A DNA stretch of 64,000 bases, taken from positions 2,748 to 66,747 of the forward strand of contig CAYQWZ010000005.1 in assembly GCA_964421635.1 (NCBI GenBank), read 5' to 3'. The DNA comes from an uncultured Candidatus Saccharibacteria bacterium. Its GTDB lineage: Bacteria > Patescibacteriota > UBA1384 > CAILIB01 > JAUSJZ01. The notes below the pieces were generated by a model that saw nothing but the letters and a program-made list of their open reading frames with translations, made no database searches and was not told the origin of the DNA. A program made the translations under genes and the position numbers. Every line of letters starts with the position of its first letter. Position 1 is the first letter of the stretch. Positions 55,948-64,000 of this stretch are shown here, piece after piece.

Positions 55948-56254
55948 ACCAAACAGATTACAGCTAGCCAATATTTTCGTTTACACAGGCATCTTGGCCA
56001 TGCTTTGGTCATTAATTACTATCACTTCGGGCACCTATATTGTCATTGTTAATTCTGTTATTGGAGGCGTTCTATTAATTTGGGTGGCTTCAAAACTGCG
56101 TGCCGAAAAACAGTGGGCCCGCGATGTTTTACTAGTACTGACAATTCTAATGACCTTAATGGCAATTTTCACTCTGCTTGGCGGTTTTAGTTTATTATGG
56201 ATCGCCATCGGCGCTCTCAGCATTTATCTTATTTGGGGATTGAAGGATATATAA
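55940..56254 (+). CDS. Small multi-TM membrane protein
   Basis: Hydrophobic helices, L...K.WAR motif; overlaps the lysS stop. Confidence 0.7.
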   Translation: MNKPNRLQLANIFVYTGILAMLWSLITITSGTYIVIVNSVIGGVLLIWVASKLRAEKQWARDVLLVLTILMTLMAIFTLLGGFSLLWIAIGALSIYLIWGLKDI

Positions 56255-56306
56255 TTCTACTTTTGTCAACAGTTTTTATGGGCTATACTAGGTTTGTTAA
56301 AGATTT

Positions 56307-57593
56307 ATGTTAGATATTAATTTTATTCGCGACAATCAAGAGCAAGTGCGGGCTGGCATCGCCAAAAAACAGCTCGATGAAGGCTTAGTAGCCGAAGTTT
56401 TACAGTTGGATGAAACGCGCCGCGAGCTTTTGGGCAAACTACAAGAGAAGCAGGCCCGGCAGAATAAGCTGTCCGTTGAGATTGCGAAGCAGCACGGTGG
56501 GAAAAAGATTGAACTAATAAATGAGGCCGGGCCGTTAGCTGAAGATATTAAAGAATTAAAACCCGAGCTGGAAAAAACGGAAGATGAATACAAAAATGTT
56601 TTGCTGCAAATCCCTAATATTCCAGATAAAGATGTACCCGAAGGCAAAAATGAAGACGACAACAAAGAGCTCCGCCAAGAAGGCAAAAAGCCTGAATTTA
56701 AATTTAAGCCAAGGTCGCACGAAGATTTAATGGAAGAGCTCGACTTGGTAGATTTTCATCAAGCCGCAAAAGTGGCGGGCAATAAATTTTACTATCTCAA
56801 AGGTGACGCGGTGCTTTTAGAGATGGCAATCTTTCGTTACGCTATGGACAAGCTAGTTAAAAAAGGATTTATCCCTCTGATGCCGCCAGATTTGGTGCGC
56901 TATGAAGCCATGGTTGGTGCCGCTCACTTTCCGCCCGAAGACGACGCCTATAAAATTCCGGAAGATAATCTGTATTTAGCCGGTACTGCTGAAGTAGGAT
57001 TGGCTAATTATCACGCCGGCCAAGCCCTGCCCGAAGAACAGCTGCCAAAACGCTACGCTGGCTTCTCCGCCTGTTTCCGTCGTGAAGCTGGGGCTCACGG
57101 CCAAAAAGGGTCAGGATTGTACCGCATCCATCAATTTCATAAAATTGAAATGTTTTCGTTTACTCGACCCGAAGACAGCACCAAAGAGCACGAACTTTTA
57201 TTAGCCATCGCTGAAGAGATGCTGAAAGAATTAGGTTTGCATTACCGAGTCGTTTTGAACTGTGGTGGAGATTTAGGAATGCCGCAAGCCAAAAAGTGGG
57301 ATATCGAGTGTCACATTCCATCTGACGATAGTTGGGGCGAAACGCATTCTTGTTCTAACGACACAGATTATCAGGCACGCCGCCTAAATATTAAAATCAA
57401 GCGTAGTTCAAAAGGCCAGACAGAAACCGCCAAAGAGGCCAAATTTGTACACACTCTCAACAATACCGCTTTCGCTTCTCCTCGCATTTTGGTACCCCTT
57501 ATTGAACAGAATCAGCAAAAAGATGGTTCAATCGCTATTCCCAAACCACTCCAAAAATATACCGGATTTTCTGAAATCCGTCTGGCTGAATAA
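56307..57593 (+). CDS. serS: Serine-tRNA ligase
   Basis: MLDI.FIR, N-terminal coiled coil, IPNIP...VP.G..E.DN, GTAEV, CFRREAG, R.HQF.K.EMF, SCSN.TDYQARRL, HTLNNTA. Confidence 0.97.
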   Translation: MLDINFIRDNQEQVRAGIAKKQLDEGLVAEVLQLDETRRELLGKLQEKQARQNKLSVEIAKQHGGKKIELINEAGPLAEDIKELKPELEKTEDEYKNVLLQIPNIPDKDVPEGKNEDDNKELRQEGKKPEFKFKPRSHEDLMEELDLVDFHQAAKVAGNKFYYLKGDAVLLEMAIFRYAMDKLVKKGFIPLMPPDLVRYEAMVGAAHFPPEDDAYKIPEDNLYLAGTAEVGLANYHAGQALPEEQLPKRYAGFSACFRREAGAHGQKGSGLYRIHQFHKIEMFSFTRPEDSTKEHELLLAIAEEMLKELGLHYRVVLNCGGDLGMPQAKKWDIECHIPSDDSWGETHSCSNDTDYQARRLNIKIKRSSKGQTETAKEAKFVHTLNNTAFASPRILVPLIEQNQQKDGSIAIPKPLQKYTGFSEIRLAE

Positions 57594-57594
57594 T

Positions 57595-57752
57595 GGCTGC
57601 GCATCCAATGCAGTTTGTTTGAACGAGGTTATCATAGTCCGCAGCCTTGCTACGCAAGTCTGCTCCTTACGGAGCCAATCAAAGATTGTCTCCTAAACAT
57701 AGTCTGCTTTTTAATATTAAGAATTTCATACAGACTGCATTGGACTGCCAGC
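57595..57752. ncRNA. Candidate structured RNA closed by a 15-bp long-range stem
   Basis: tccaatgcagtttgt (57604-57618) pairs with acagactgcattgga (57730-57744), extended by ggctg/cagct; internal hairpins such as gctcc-ttac-ggagc. Confidence 0.5.
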
Positions 57753-57831
57753 TCCCAAACACTCCCTGCACAATAAAAAAACCGGCCGTTATTGGGTCAG
57801 TTTGGACCTGCTCATAATTTTTGTCAAAGCG

Positions 57832-57860
57832 AAAGGCGCGCCCGCAGGCGCGCCTTTTTT
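57832..57860. terminator. Bidirectional intrinsic terminator
   Basis: aaaggcgcgcc-cgca-ggcgcgcctttttt. Confidence 0.85.
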
Positions 57861-57895
57861 GGTTGTCGCTATTGCGACTGTTACATGGTTGTCTC

Positions 57896-58357
57896 CTAGG
57901 GAGTGTCGAGTCGGGAGGGGTAGGTGTAGATTCGGTCGAGCCTCCAGTCTCGGTTGGGACAGATTTCCACCAGATCGTCTGCAACCAACCTGCCCTCAGC
58001 GTAGCCAGCATTGGGGCCGTCGATAGCGAGCAGACGAATCTTGTAGACATAGGTGCCCAATCGCAGCCCCGTCAGGTCGTGATTCTTCTCATACGACCTG
58101 ATTCCAGCCTGCATTGTCTTCAAGCGAACAGGCGGTGCATCGCCGCACTGCACTGTCAGTTGAAAATACTGCCCTTCGGGTTCGTCGGGAACATCCCCGC
58201 GAATCCGAATCTGTGCATGGAACGGACCGGGTGTGTTGAGCCCATCCACCCAGACATTGCCGCCGGAGCCACAACCCATCAGGCTCGTAAGGAGCACCGA
58301 CAGGATCAGAGTGGCCACGCTTCGCGTGGCCTTCTTGCCAAACCTTCGCATGGCCAT
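57896..58357 (-). CDS. Orphan putative lipoprotein, GC-rich
   Basis: RRFGKKATR, hydrophobic stretch, LMG-CGSGG; AAGGAGGAGG SD; TTGACA-17-TATAGT at 58395-58423. Confidence 0.75.
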   Translation of the reverse strand: MAMRRFGKKATRSVATLILSVLLTSLMGCGSGGNVWVDGLNTPGPFHAQIRIRGDVPDEPEGQYFQLTVQCGDAPPVRLKTMQAGIRSYEKNHDLTGLRLGTYVYKIRLLAIDGPNAGYAEGRLVADDLVEICPNRDWRLDRIYTYPSRLDTP

Positions 58358-58416
58358 CCTCCTCCTTCTGAATGTTGTTCAGATTGCTGGCGCTACTATA
58401 ACATAAAATACCCCTT

Positions 58417-58878
58417 TTGTCAAGGTACAGGGCCTTATTGCTATTAGCCATTCAACCTGTTAGTTTGGCTTTATTGGGAACGCCCAATACAAGGAGAGAG
58501 CCCTTGCCGGAAGCGGCCTCAGACAACAGACAAAAGGTACTCGAAGCAATCGGCCGGTTTGAAGCAGAAGGATCAATAGCACGCACTGAAACAGATAGAA
58601 GAATCTTTCTCATTGTTTATGATGGTGATCTGTTGGTAGATGTTCCGGATATCGCTTTTGACAACAGATTCTCATTCACTATTGAAGTCATTCCTGACAA
58701 CACAGTGATCGTCTCTCAATCACACCGATCGTTTAAGGCACTAGGTAAGACTGTAGGATTTGTACTTCGCAACCTATTCGCCAACTATGATGTCTGGGAA
58801 AATACAGCTATCTCTGGCCGGCTCAAACCAGATGTCACCATTGAAGATGTCATCGCCACAGTTCAGCGAGAGTTCTAA
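58417..58878 (+). CDS. Orphan hypothetical protein (start probably at TTG after AAGGAG near 58504)
   Basis: ORF followed by terminator ccgcc.cagt/actggcgg-T7 at 58891-58918. Confidence 0.6.
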   Translation: MSRYRALLLLAIQPVSLALLGTPNTRREPLPEAASDNRQKVLEAIGRFEAEGSIARTETDRRIFLIVYDGDLLVDVPDIAFDNRFSFTIEVIPDNTVIVSQSHRSFKALGKTVGFVLRNLFANYDVWENTAISGRLKPDVTIEDVIATVQREF

Positions 58879-58996
58879 CCGCAACTCCAGCCGCCCAGTA
58901 CTCACTGGCGGTTTTTTAGTAAAAGAAAACCGCCCCGCGTACAGCTTTTGCGGGGCGGTCGTGGGTCGGGCGCTAGATCTGGGTGGTCTCGGTCAC

Positions 58997-59620
58997 CTAG
59001 TCGGCGATCGCGTACCCGGGCAACCGTTTCCAGTTGACCGGGATGTCGGTCGGATCGAGAGGGTTAAAACCTCTCTCAATATGATCGGCCTCTTCATACC
59101 GCCGATACTGATCGTCATCTACCAGTCGAGCCCGATTGACTCGCTGGCAGAGATCACGGTAGGCAGCGTGCCGGAAAGGCTCGATATCATGGTTCGGCAG
59201 AGGCTCGGGCAGCGGCAGTCTGGCCGTCGCCCAACCAGTCGGCCGTTCAACACTGTTGAGTCTGGTGGCGTATTGAGCCATGTCCACCATCCAGAATCGT
59301 GCCTCGACCACGAAGCGGTCACTGTCAGGGCCTTCACCACAACGGTGCTCGCCCCCCTCCAGATAGAGATTGGCAACATCTTCGCCCCTGACCTCAATCA
59401 GGATGTCCCGTCGTAGCCGCGCCGTGTAGGGCAAACACTCGAAGGCTGGGTGGAACAGCGGACAGTCCACGACTGTCGAGAAGATCTCGATATCCCCTTC
59501 ACCAAAATGGTGTCTGGGCACTCCAACCTTCTTTCTGGTCACTTGGTGACCGTCTTGGACCTTAACAGGCAGGTTAAACCTAACAAGGATTTCGCTCTCA
59601 GACTGCCAATACTCTAGCAA
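58997..59620 (-). CDS. Orphan hypothetical protein, GC-rich (true start downstream of the annotated one)
   Basis: TTGACA-17-TAGAGT at 59611-59639; terminator accgccccgc/gcggggcggt at 58927-58959. Confidence 0.6.
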   Translation of the reverse strand: MLEYWQSESEILVRFNLPVKVQDGHQVTRKKVGVPRHHFGEGDIEIFSTVVDCPLFHPAFECLPYTARLRRDILIEVRGEDVANLYLEGGEHRCGEGPDSDRFVVEARFWMVDMAQYATRLNSVERPTGWATARLPLPEPLPNHDIEPFRHAAYRDLCQRVNRARLVDDDQYRRYEEADHIERGFNPLDPTDIPVNWKRLPGYAIAD

Positions 59621-59715
59621 AAAACCGCCTTCCTGTCAATCTCTTGGCACTAGTAATTTTGCTAATTAAATGCTAGTCTATAACTCGTCTGGTTAAGGTA
59701 GGCTACAATAAATAT

Positions 59716-62700
59716 ATGGCTCATTTCTTAGACAAATTATTCGGTGATCCTAACTCCAAAGCGCTTAAGCGCCTACAAGTTGAAGTTGAGCAAATTAACC
59801 AGTTAGAGCCCGAATTAGAGAAGCTGGAAGATAATCAGCTGAAAGAGCGAGCGCAGGCACTGCACGAGCGGGTTTTGGGCGAGCTAAAATACAATCTTAA
59901 AGAACAATTACCAGATTTAACCTACAAACTCTACCAGAAGGAACAGAAAATCCTTGATTCAGTCAAAATTGAAGCTTTCGCCCTTACGCGAGAAGCAGCC
60001 AAAAGAGTACTAGGAGAACGCCCTTTTGATGTTCAGTTAATGGCCGGATTAGCTTTGCACGAAGGAAAAGTAGCTGAACAAAAAACGGGTGAAGGAAAAA
60101 CTTTATCTGCTACGCTGCCAATATTTCTGAATGCTCTGACTGGTCGCGGCGCCCATGTAATTACAGTTAACGACTACTTGGCCAAACGCGACGCTGGCTG
60201 GATGGGACAAATTTATGACTTTTTAGGATTATCCGTTGGTTGTCTAGCCCATCAAACTAGCTATAAATTCTCAACCGAAGCTTTCGAAGAAGAGAACGAG
60301 AGTGAAGCACCCGCCAATGAAGACCCAACAGATGAGAATAATCCTACGCTAAACTTGGTGCCTATTTCTCGACCTGAAGCTTACCGACTAGACATTACCT
60401 ACGGTACGAACTCAGAGTTCGGTTTTGACTATTTGCGCGATAATATGGCACCTGCCAAAAAGTTCTTGCGTCAACGCGATTTGGTTTACTGTATTATCGA
60501 CGAAGTTGACTCAATTTTAATTGATGAAGCACGCACCCCTTTAATTATCTCAGCACCGGCTGAAGAGAGCGGCGATTTATACACCAAATTTTCACAATTG
60601 GTGCCGCGTTTAGCTGGCGAAGATTTTACAGTTGATGAGAAAGAACGGGCTGTGCGCCTAAAAGATAGCGGCATGAAAAAAATGCAGGATTGGCTCGAAG
60701 TAGAAAGTCTGTACGAAGACGAGAATGTACTTTTAGTTCACCATTTAGAAGAAGCGCTGAAAGCAGAATATTTGTTTAAGAAAGATAAAGATTATGTGGT
60801 GCGCAATGACGAAGTTATGATTGTGGATGAGTTCACGGGTCGCATGATGCCAGGGCGTCGTTATTCAGAAGGATTACATCAAGCTATCGAAGCTAAGGAA
60901 GGTGTTTTAGTTCAGCGCGAATCTGACACATTGGCCACCATTTCTATTCAGAATTACTTTAGGCTTTATTATAAGATGTCTGGAATGACAGGTACAGCCA
61001 AAACAGAAGAAGAAGAGTTTATAAAAATCTACAATATGGAAGTCGTAGCCGTACCGACCAACCGACCCGTTATTCGGTCTGATCAGAGCGATAAAATTTA
61101 TTTAAATGAGCAAGCTAAGTTCAGAGCCATTATTGAAGAGATTAAAACGCGGCGTGAACAGGGTCAGCCAATGCTAATTGGTACAATTTCGGTTGAAAAG
61201 AATGAATTGTTTTCAAAGCTGTTAAAAAAAGCTAAAATCCCACACGAAATTTTAAACGCTAAAAACCATAAAAAAGAGGCTGGAATTATCGCCAATGCCG
61301 GCCGGCCAAGAGCTGTCACCTTGGCTACCAACATGGCCGGCCGGGGTACTAACATTGTTTTAGGTGGCGCTCCGCCAGAACAAGCAGATAAAAAGAAATA
61401 TCGGGAGTGGGAAGACTCTCGCACCGCCGCTATTGAAGCAGGAGGCTTATTAGTCATTGGTACGGAGCGCCACGAATCCCGTCGCATCGACAACCAGATG
61501 CGTGGTCGTTCTGGTCGTCAGGGAGAGCCGGGTGAATCCATCTTCTATGTCTCTATGGACGACGATTTAATGCGCATTTTTGGGGGCGAGAAATTACAAG
61601 GATTAATGCAGCGAACCAATATGCCTGAAGATGTACCAATTCAGAATAATTTAGTTTCTCGCTCAATTGAGCAAGCTCAAAAACGCGTAGAAGGGCACAA
61701 TTTTGATATCCGTCGCCATGTTTTGAAGTACGACGATGTAATGAATAAACACCGCGAAGCTTTGTATAGGCGCCGCAAAGCAGTAATGATGGCGGGCGGA
61801 GATGAAGGCAAAGATTCCGATGACAAATTAAGTCAAGAGCTAAAAGGTCGAGTAAAAAATATAATCCATAATCAAGCAGATAATATTACTCGTCGTTTTA
61901 CCGTTGGCGATAAAACAGAGTGGGATACAAAAGAGTTAATCAAGGAAATCTCCAAATTTGCGCCTATCTCTAAGGAAGATTTAGTCGGCCTAAAAGAGGC
62001 TGTGCAAAATGCCGACGATTCCGAAGAGGCGGCCAAGATTGTTGCTACTGGTATAGTTGAGCGCTATTTAAAACTAGAAGCTGAGCACGGTGAAGAAGAT
62101 CAACGACAGTTAGAGCGCGCTGTAATGCTACGCACAATTGATTCTCTGTGGGTAGAGCATTTAAATGTTATGAACGATCTGCGCCAAGGTGTAGGATTAC
62201 AAGCCGTAGCCCAGAAAGATCCGTTAGTGGTTTATCAACAAGAAGGATACGAACGGTTCCAGCTTTTAATGAGCTCTATTGACTATGAAGCTTCCCGTCG
62301 ACTATTACATTTGCGCAAAGTTGACGCCGCGCAAGCCCAAGCCCAAGCTGCGGCAGCTACTCAGAATAAAAGATTAATCTTACAGGGTGCTTCAGAAGCT
62401 GACACTTCTGGTTCCGCCGGTTTAGCCACTATTAATCAATCGGCACAGCAGCAGGCGGCGGCTCAAAGCCTAGCCGCGGCAGCCGCCGCCTCAGGCCAAA
62501 ACACAGCCGACTCTGCTATCTCTACTCAATCATCCGCAGCTACCAACAACAATTCCAATAATGATGTCGATATTACCGTTCGTAAAGTCTCCGACAAGCT
62601 AGCTTATGAAGGCCGTCGCGGCTCAGATCAATCCTCTATTAAAAACGAGATCGGTAAAAAAGTTGGTCGTAATGACCCCTGCCCCTGTGGCAAAATTAAC

Positions 62701-62748
62701 CCCGCCACAGGTGATGTCTTTAAGTACAAAAAGTGCTGCGGTAAATAG
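59716..62748 (+). CDS. secA: Preprotein translocase subunit SecA
   Basis: KTGEGKTL, H.ITVNDYLA.RD, DEVDSILIDEARTPLIIS, GRRYSEGLHQAIEAKE, ATNMAGRG, RRIDNQ.RGRSGRQG, SEC-C GRNDPCPCG...KYKKCCG. Confidence 0.98.
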   Translation: MAHFLDKLFGDPNSKALKRLQVEVEQINQLEPELEKLEDNQLKERAQALHERVLGELKYNLKEQLPDLTYKLYQKEQKILDSVKIEAFALTREAAKRVLGERPFDVQLMAGLALHEGKVAEQKTGEGKTLSATLPIFLNALTGRGAHVITVNDYLAKRDAGWMGQIYDFLGLSVGCLAHQTSYKFSTEAFEEENESEAPANEDPTDENNPTLNLVPISRPEAYRLDITYGTNSEFGFDYLRDNMAPAKKFLRQRDLVYCIIDEVDSILIDEARTPLIISAPAEESGDLYTKFSQLVPRLAGEDFTVDEKERAVRLKDSGMKKMQDWLEVESLYEDENVLLVHHLEEALKAEYLFKKDKDYVVRNDEVMIVDEFTGRMMPGRRYSEGLHQAIEAKEGVLVQRESDTLATISIQNYFRLYYKMSGMTGTAKTEEEEFIKIYNMEVVAVPTNRPVIRSDQSDKIYLNEQAKFRAIIEEIKTRREQGQPMLIGTISVEKNELFSKLLKKAKIPHEILNAKNHKKEAGIIANAGRPRAVTLATNMAGRGTNIVLGGAPPEQADKKKYREWEDSRTAAIEAGGLLVIGTERHESRRIDNQMRGRSGRQGEPGESIFYVSMDDDLMRIFGGEKLQGLMQRTNMPEDVPIQNNLVSRSIEQAQKRVEGHNFDIRRHVLKYDDVMNKHREALYRRRKAVMMAGGDEGKDSDDKLSQELKGRVKNIIHNQADNITRRFTVGDKTEWDTKELIKEISKFAPISKEDLVGLKEAVQNADDSEEAAKIVATGIVERYLKLEAEHGEEDQRQLERAVMLRTIDSLWVEHLNVMNDLRQGVGLQAVAQKDPLVVYQQEGYERFQLLMSSIDYEASRRLLHLRKVDAAQAQAQAAAATQNKRLILQGASEADTSGSAGLATINQSAQQQAAAQSLAAAAAASGQNTADSAISTQSSAATNNNSNNDVDITVRKVSDKLAYEGRRGSDQSSIKNEIGKKVGRNDPCPCGKINPATGDVFKYKKCCGK

Positions 62749-62797
62749 AATATATTGGCAAATTAAATATGGTTTGTCATATAAAATTGTCGCCGCC

Positions 62798-62830
62798 AAA
62801 AGAAAGAGGCGCGGCTTTGCCGCGCCCTTC
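62798..62830 (-). terminator. Terminator between secA and the convergent orphans
   Basis: ggcgcggc-ttt-gccgcgcc with A-rich left flank. Confidence 0.75.
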
Positions 62831-62858
62831 TGGGGTTATCCTTTATTGACTTAGGTTG

Positions 62859-63152
62859 TCAGGCCGGGTTCTCAATCGCGTCCCGGCAGGCTCGAATAGC
62901 AGCCCTCTGAATCTGCCTGATTTCATCTTGGTTAAAGCCGAGCGTATTCAGTACTCGATATTCGTCTAGCCGAATGATCCAACGCTCGTCTTTCCAGACA
63001 CTCGCCATTGAATGAATAGTCTGCCCTTCAGATGGCGTCCGGTCGCTCTTGATATGAATTCCTAGCGAAAAACGATAAACACCATTGGGTGCGTCGGGCA
63101 ATCTCTCAACATCTACTCCTGTCACAGTCATAGCGACCTGTTTATTGCTCAT
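62859..63152 (-). CDS. Orphan hypothetical protein
   Basis: AAGGAG/GAGGG SD; overlaps the stop of the upstream orphan. Confidence 0.7.
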   Translation of the reverse strand: MSNKQVAMTVTGVDVERLPDAPNGVYRFSLGIHIKSDRTPSEGQTIHSMASVWKDERWIIRLDEYRVLNTLGFNQDEIRQIQRAAIRACRDAIENPA

Positions 63153-63507
63153 CCCTCACTCCTTCTCTTTGCTCGAGCTCGGCCTGCTGCTTCTGCTCGA
63201 CTAGCGCCCAGCAGAATTCGCACAACTGACAACAGATCTGATCAAACCAATCTCCTCTATAAGTTAGTTGTTCAACCCAACAAGCACCTATAATCTTGTG
63301 GCTTTCTCTAAGTGTCATATTCACCCGGCCTTCTTCTTCCCAAATAGCCACCTGAGTTTGGATTTGAATTCCATCAGGGTGAATTGCTCCACCTTTGAGA
63401 CAGATCACTACACCAAAGAAATAGACGACCATTTTCTTGCACTCACCCACAACCGTAATCTCGCCATCAATCTGTACAGGATCACACTGAACTGGTTGTT
63501 CACTCAA
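63142..63507 (-). CDS. Orphan hypothetical protein (TTG start after AGGAAAGGA)
   Basis: TTGACA-17-TAGCCT promoter at ~63555-63583. Confidence 0.6.
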   Translation of the reverse strand: MSEQPVQCDPVQIDGEITVVGECKKMVVYFFGVVICLKGGAIHPDGIQIQTQVAIWEEEGRVNMTLRESHKIIGACWVEQLTYRGDWFDQICCQLCEFCWALVEQKQQAELEQREGVRDEQ

Positions 63508-63592
63508 TATGGGTCCTTTCCTGAGCCAAACAAGACTGTTCGGCTTCTGTTGAAAGGCTAGCAAACAGAACTTTTCTTGTCAATGCTACGCC

Positions 63593-63621
63593 TTGACAAA
63601 AGGGTCTTTTTTTGCTATACT
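63593..63621 (+). promoter_or_regulatory. Strong sigma70 promoter preceding a 150-nt structured leader
   Basis: TTGACA-17-TATACT. Confidence 0.8.
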
Positions 63622-63776
63622 TTCACACAATACCAACTGGGTATGTGGTTCTTTTTGAACCCTTTACCCTAACTGGTATAACCTGAAAAACACAACCTAC
63701 ATCTGTCAATAACTCTATCCGGATAACCGGATTGCCGGTTGGGTCTATACCCCAACCAGTCCCTAGGAGGGACAAA

Positions 63777-64000
63777 ATGTTTCGACTCAGCAACCTTCGT
63801 GGACTGCTCAACGGCACCATGAAACACGGTGCCTCCGAGCAGCGATTCATCAACCGCATCTGGCTGGCCATGGTGTTGGCGGCCATGGTGGTCGCCAACC
63901 TCGCCAACACCGGTTGCGGTAGTGGGGCGTCCGATCTGGGCGCCCTCACCGACACCGAGCAGACCGGCGACACCACGCCGACCACGCCCACGCCGACGGC
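63777..64000 (+). CDS. GC-rich putative lipoprotein, runs off the window
   Basis: AGGAGG SD; MFRLSNLRG...RIWLAMVLAAMVVANLANTG-CGSGASD...TTPTTPTPT. Confidence 0.7.
   Translation, partial: MFRLSNLRGLLNGTMKHGASEQRFINRIWLAMVLAAMVVANLANTGCGSGASDLGALTDTEQTGDTTPTTPTPT

Noticed and set aside
57625-57715. Group I intron remnant (ATAGTCC resembles the S element)
   Set aside because: No correctly ordered P/Q/R/S elements and no interrupted host gene.
57679-59416. Long overlapping ORFs 57821-58447(+), 58089-58451(-), 58760-59416(+), 57679-58050(-)
   Set aside because: Shadow frames of GC-rich genes that cross terminators and lack SD/promoter support.
62330-62748. Ala/Gln/Asn-rich insert and expanded SEC-C loop in SecA
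   Set aside because: Lies in the naturally variable C-terminal linker; no intein or mobile-element hallmarks.
63623-63991. 122-aa minus-strand ORF
   Set aside because: Antisense to a plus-strand gene that has a promoter, SD and lipoprotein signal.
1-64000. Alternative genetic code (TGA = Gly/Trp)
   Set aside because: All long core genes are uninterrupted under code 11 and TGA serves as a stop (e.g. znuC); only one orphan has an in-frame TGA.

Overview
AT-rich bacterial chromosome segment whose gene content and style suggest a Patescibacteria (CPR) genome. This is an inference from a sparse core (recA-recX, ftsK, secA, archaeal-type aspS, lysS, serS, ychF, gpmI, ppsA, znuABC, tRNA-Asn), a giant secreted fibre protein and many orphans. 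Long intact core ORFs indicate genetic code 11. Main observations: (1) Many core genes look leaderless or short-leadered, with a -10 box 6-10 nt before the start. About 20 orphan genes are instead self-contained modules with a TTGAC-17-TAnnnT promoter, strong Shine-Dalgarno, ORF and intrinsic terminator, often in tandem arrays with duplicated promoters or terminators. (2) One module encodes an ECF sigma region-2-like domain fused to four tandem winged-HTH repeats. (3) The 20-bp perfect palindrome CCTGCCTGCCGGCAGGCAGG is inserted cleanly after GCTC, once inside a duplicated half of tRNA-Asn. (4) A 2.1-kb fragment of a phage-like polyvalent/ADP-ribosyltransferase-like gene replaces the middle of a macAB-type operon; this may be real or an assembly chimera. 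(5) A surface cluster encodes TasA-like, WxL/DUF916-like and Ig proteins, a 1975-aa fibre with an S74 chaperone domain, and an O-ligase/O-OTase. (6) Two unannotated structured ncRNA candidates and an unlisted 45-aa membrane peptide with a perfect promoter are present. All family calls are by eye; no searches were run.
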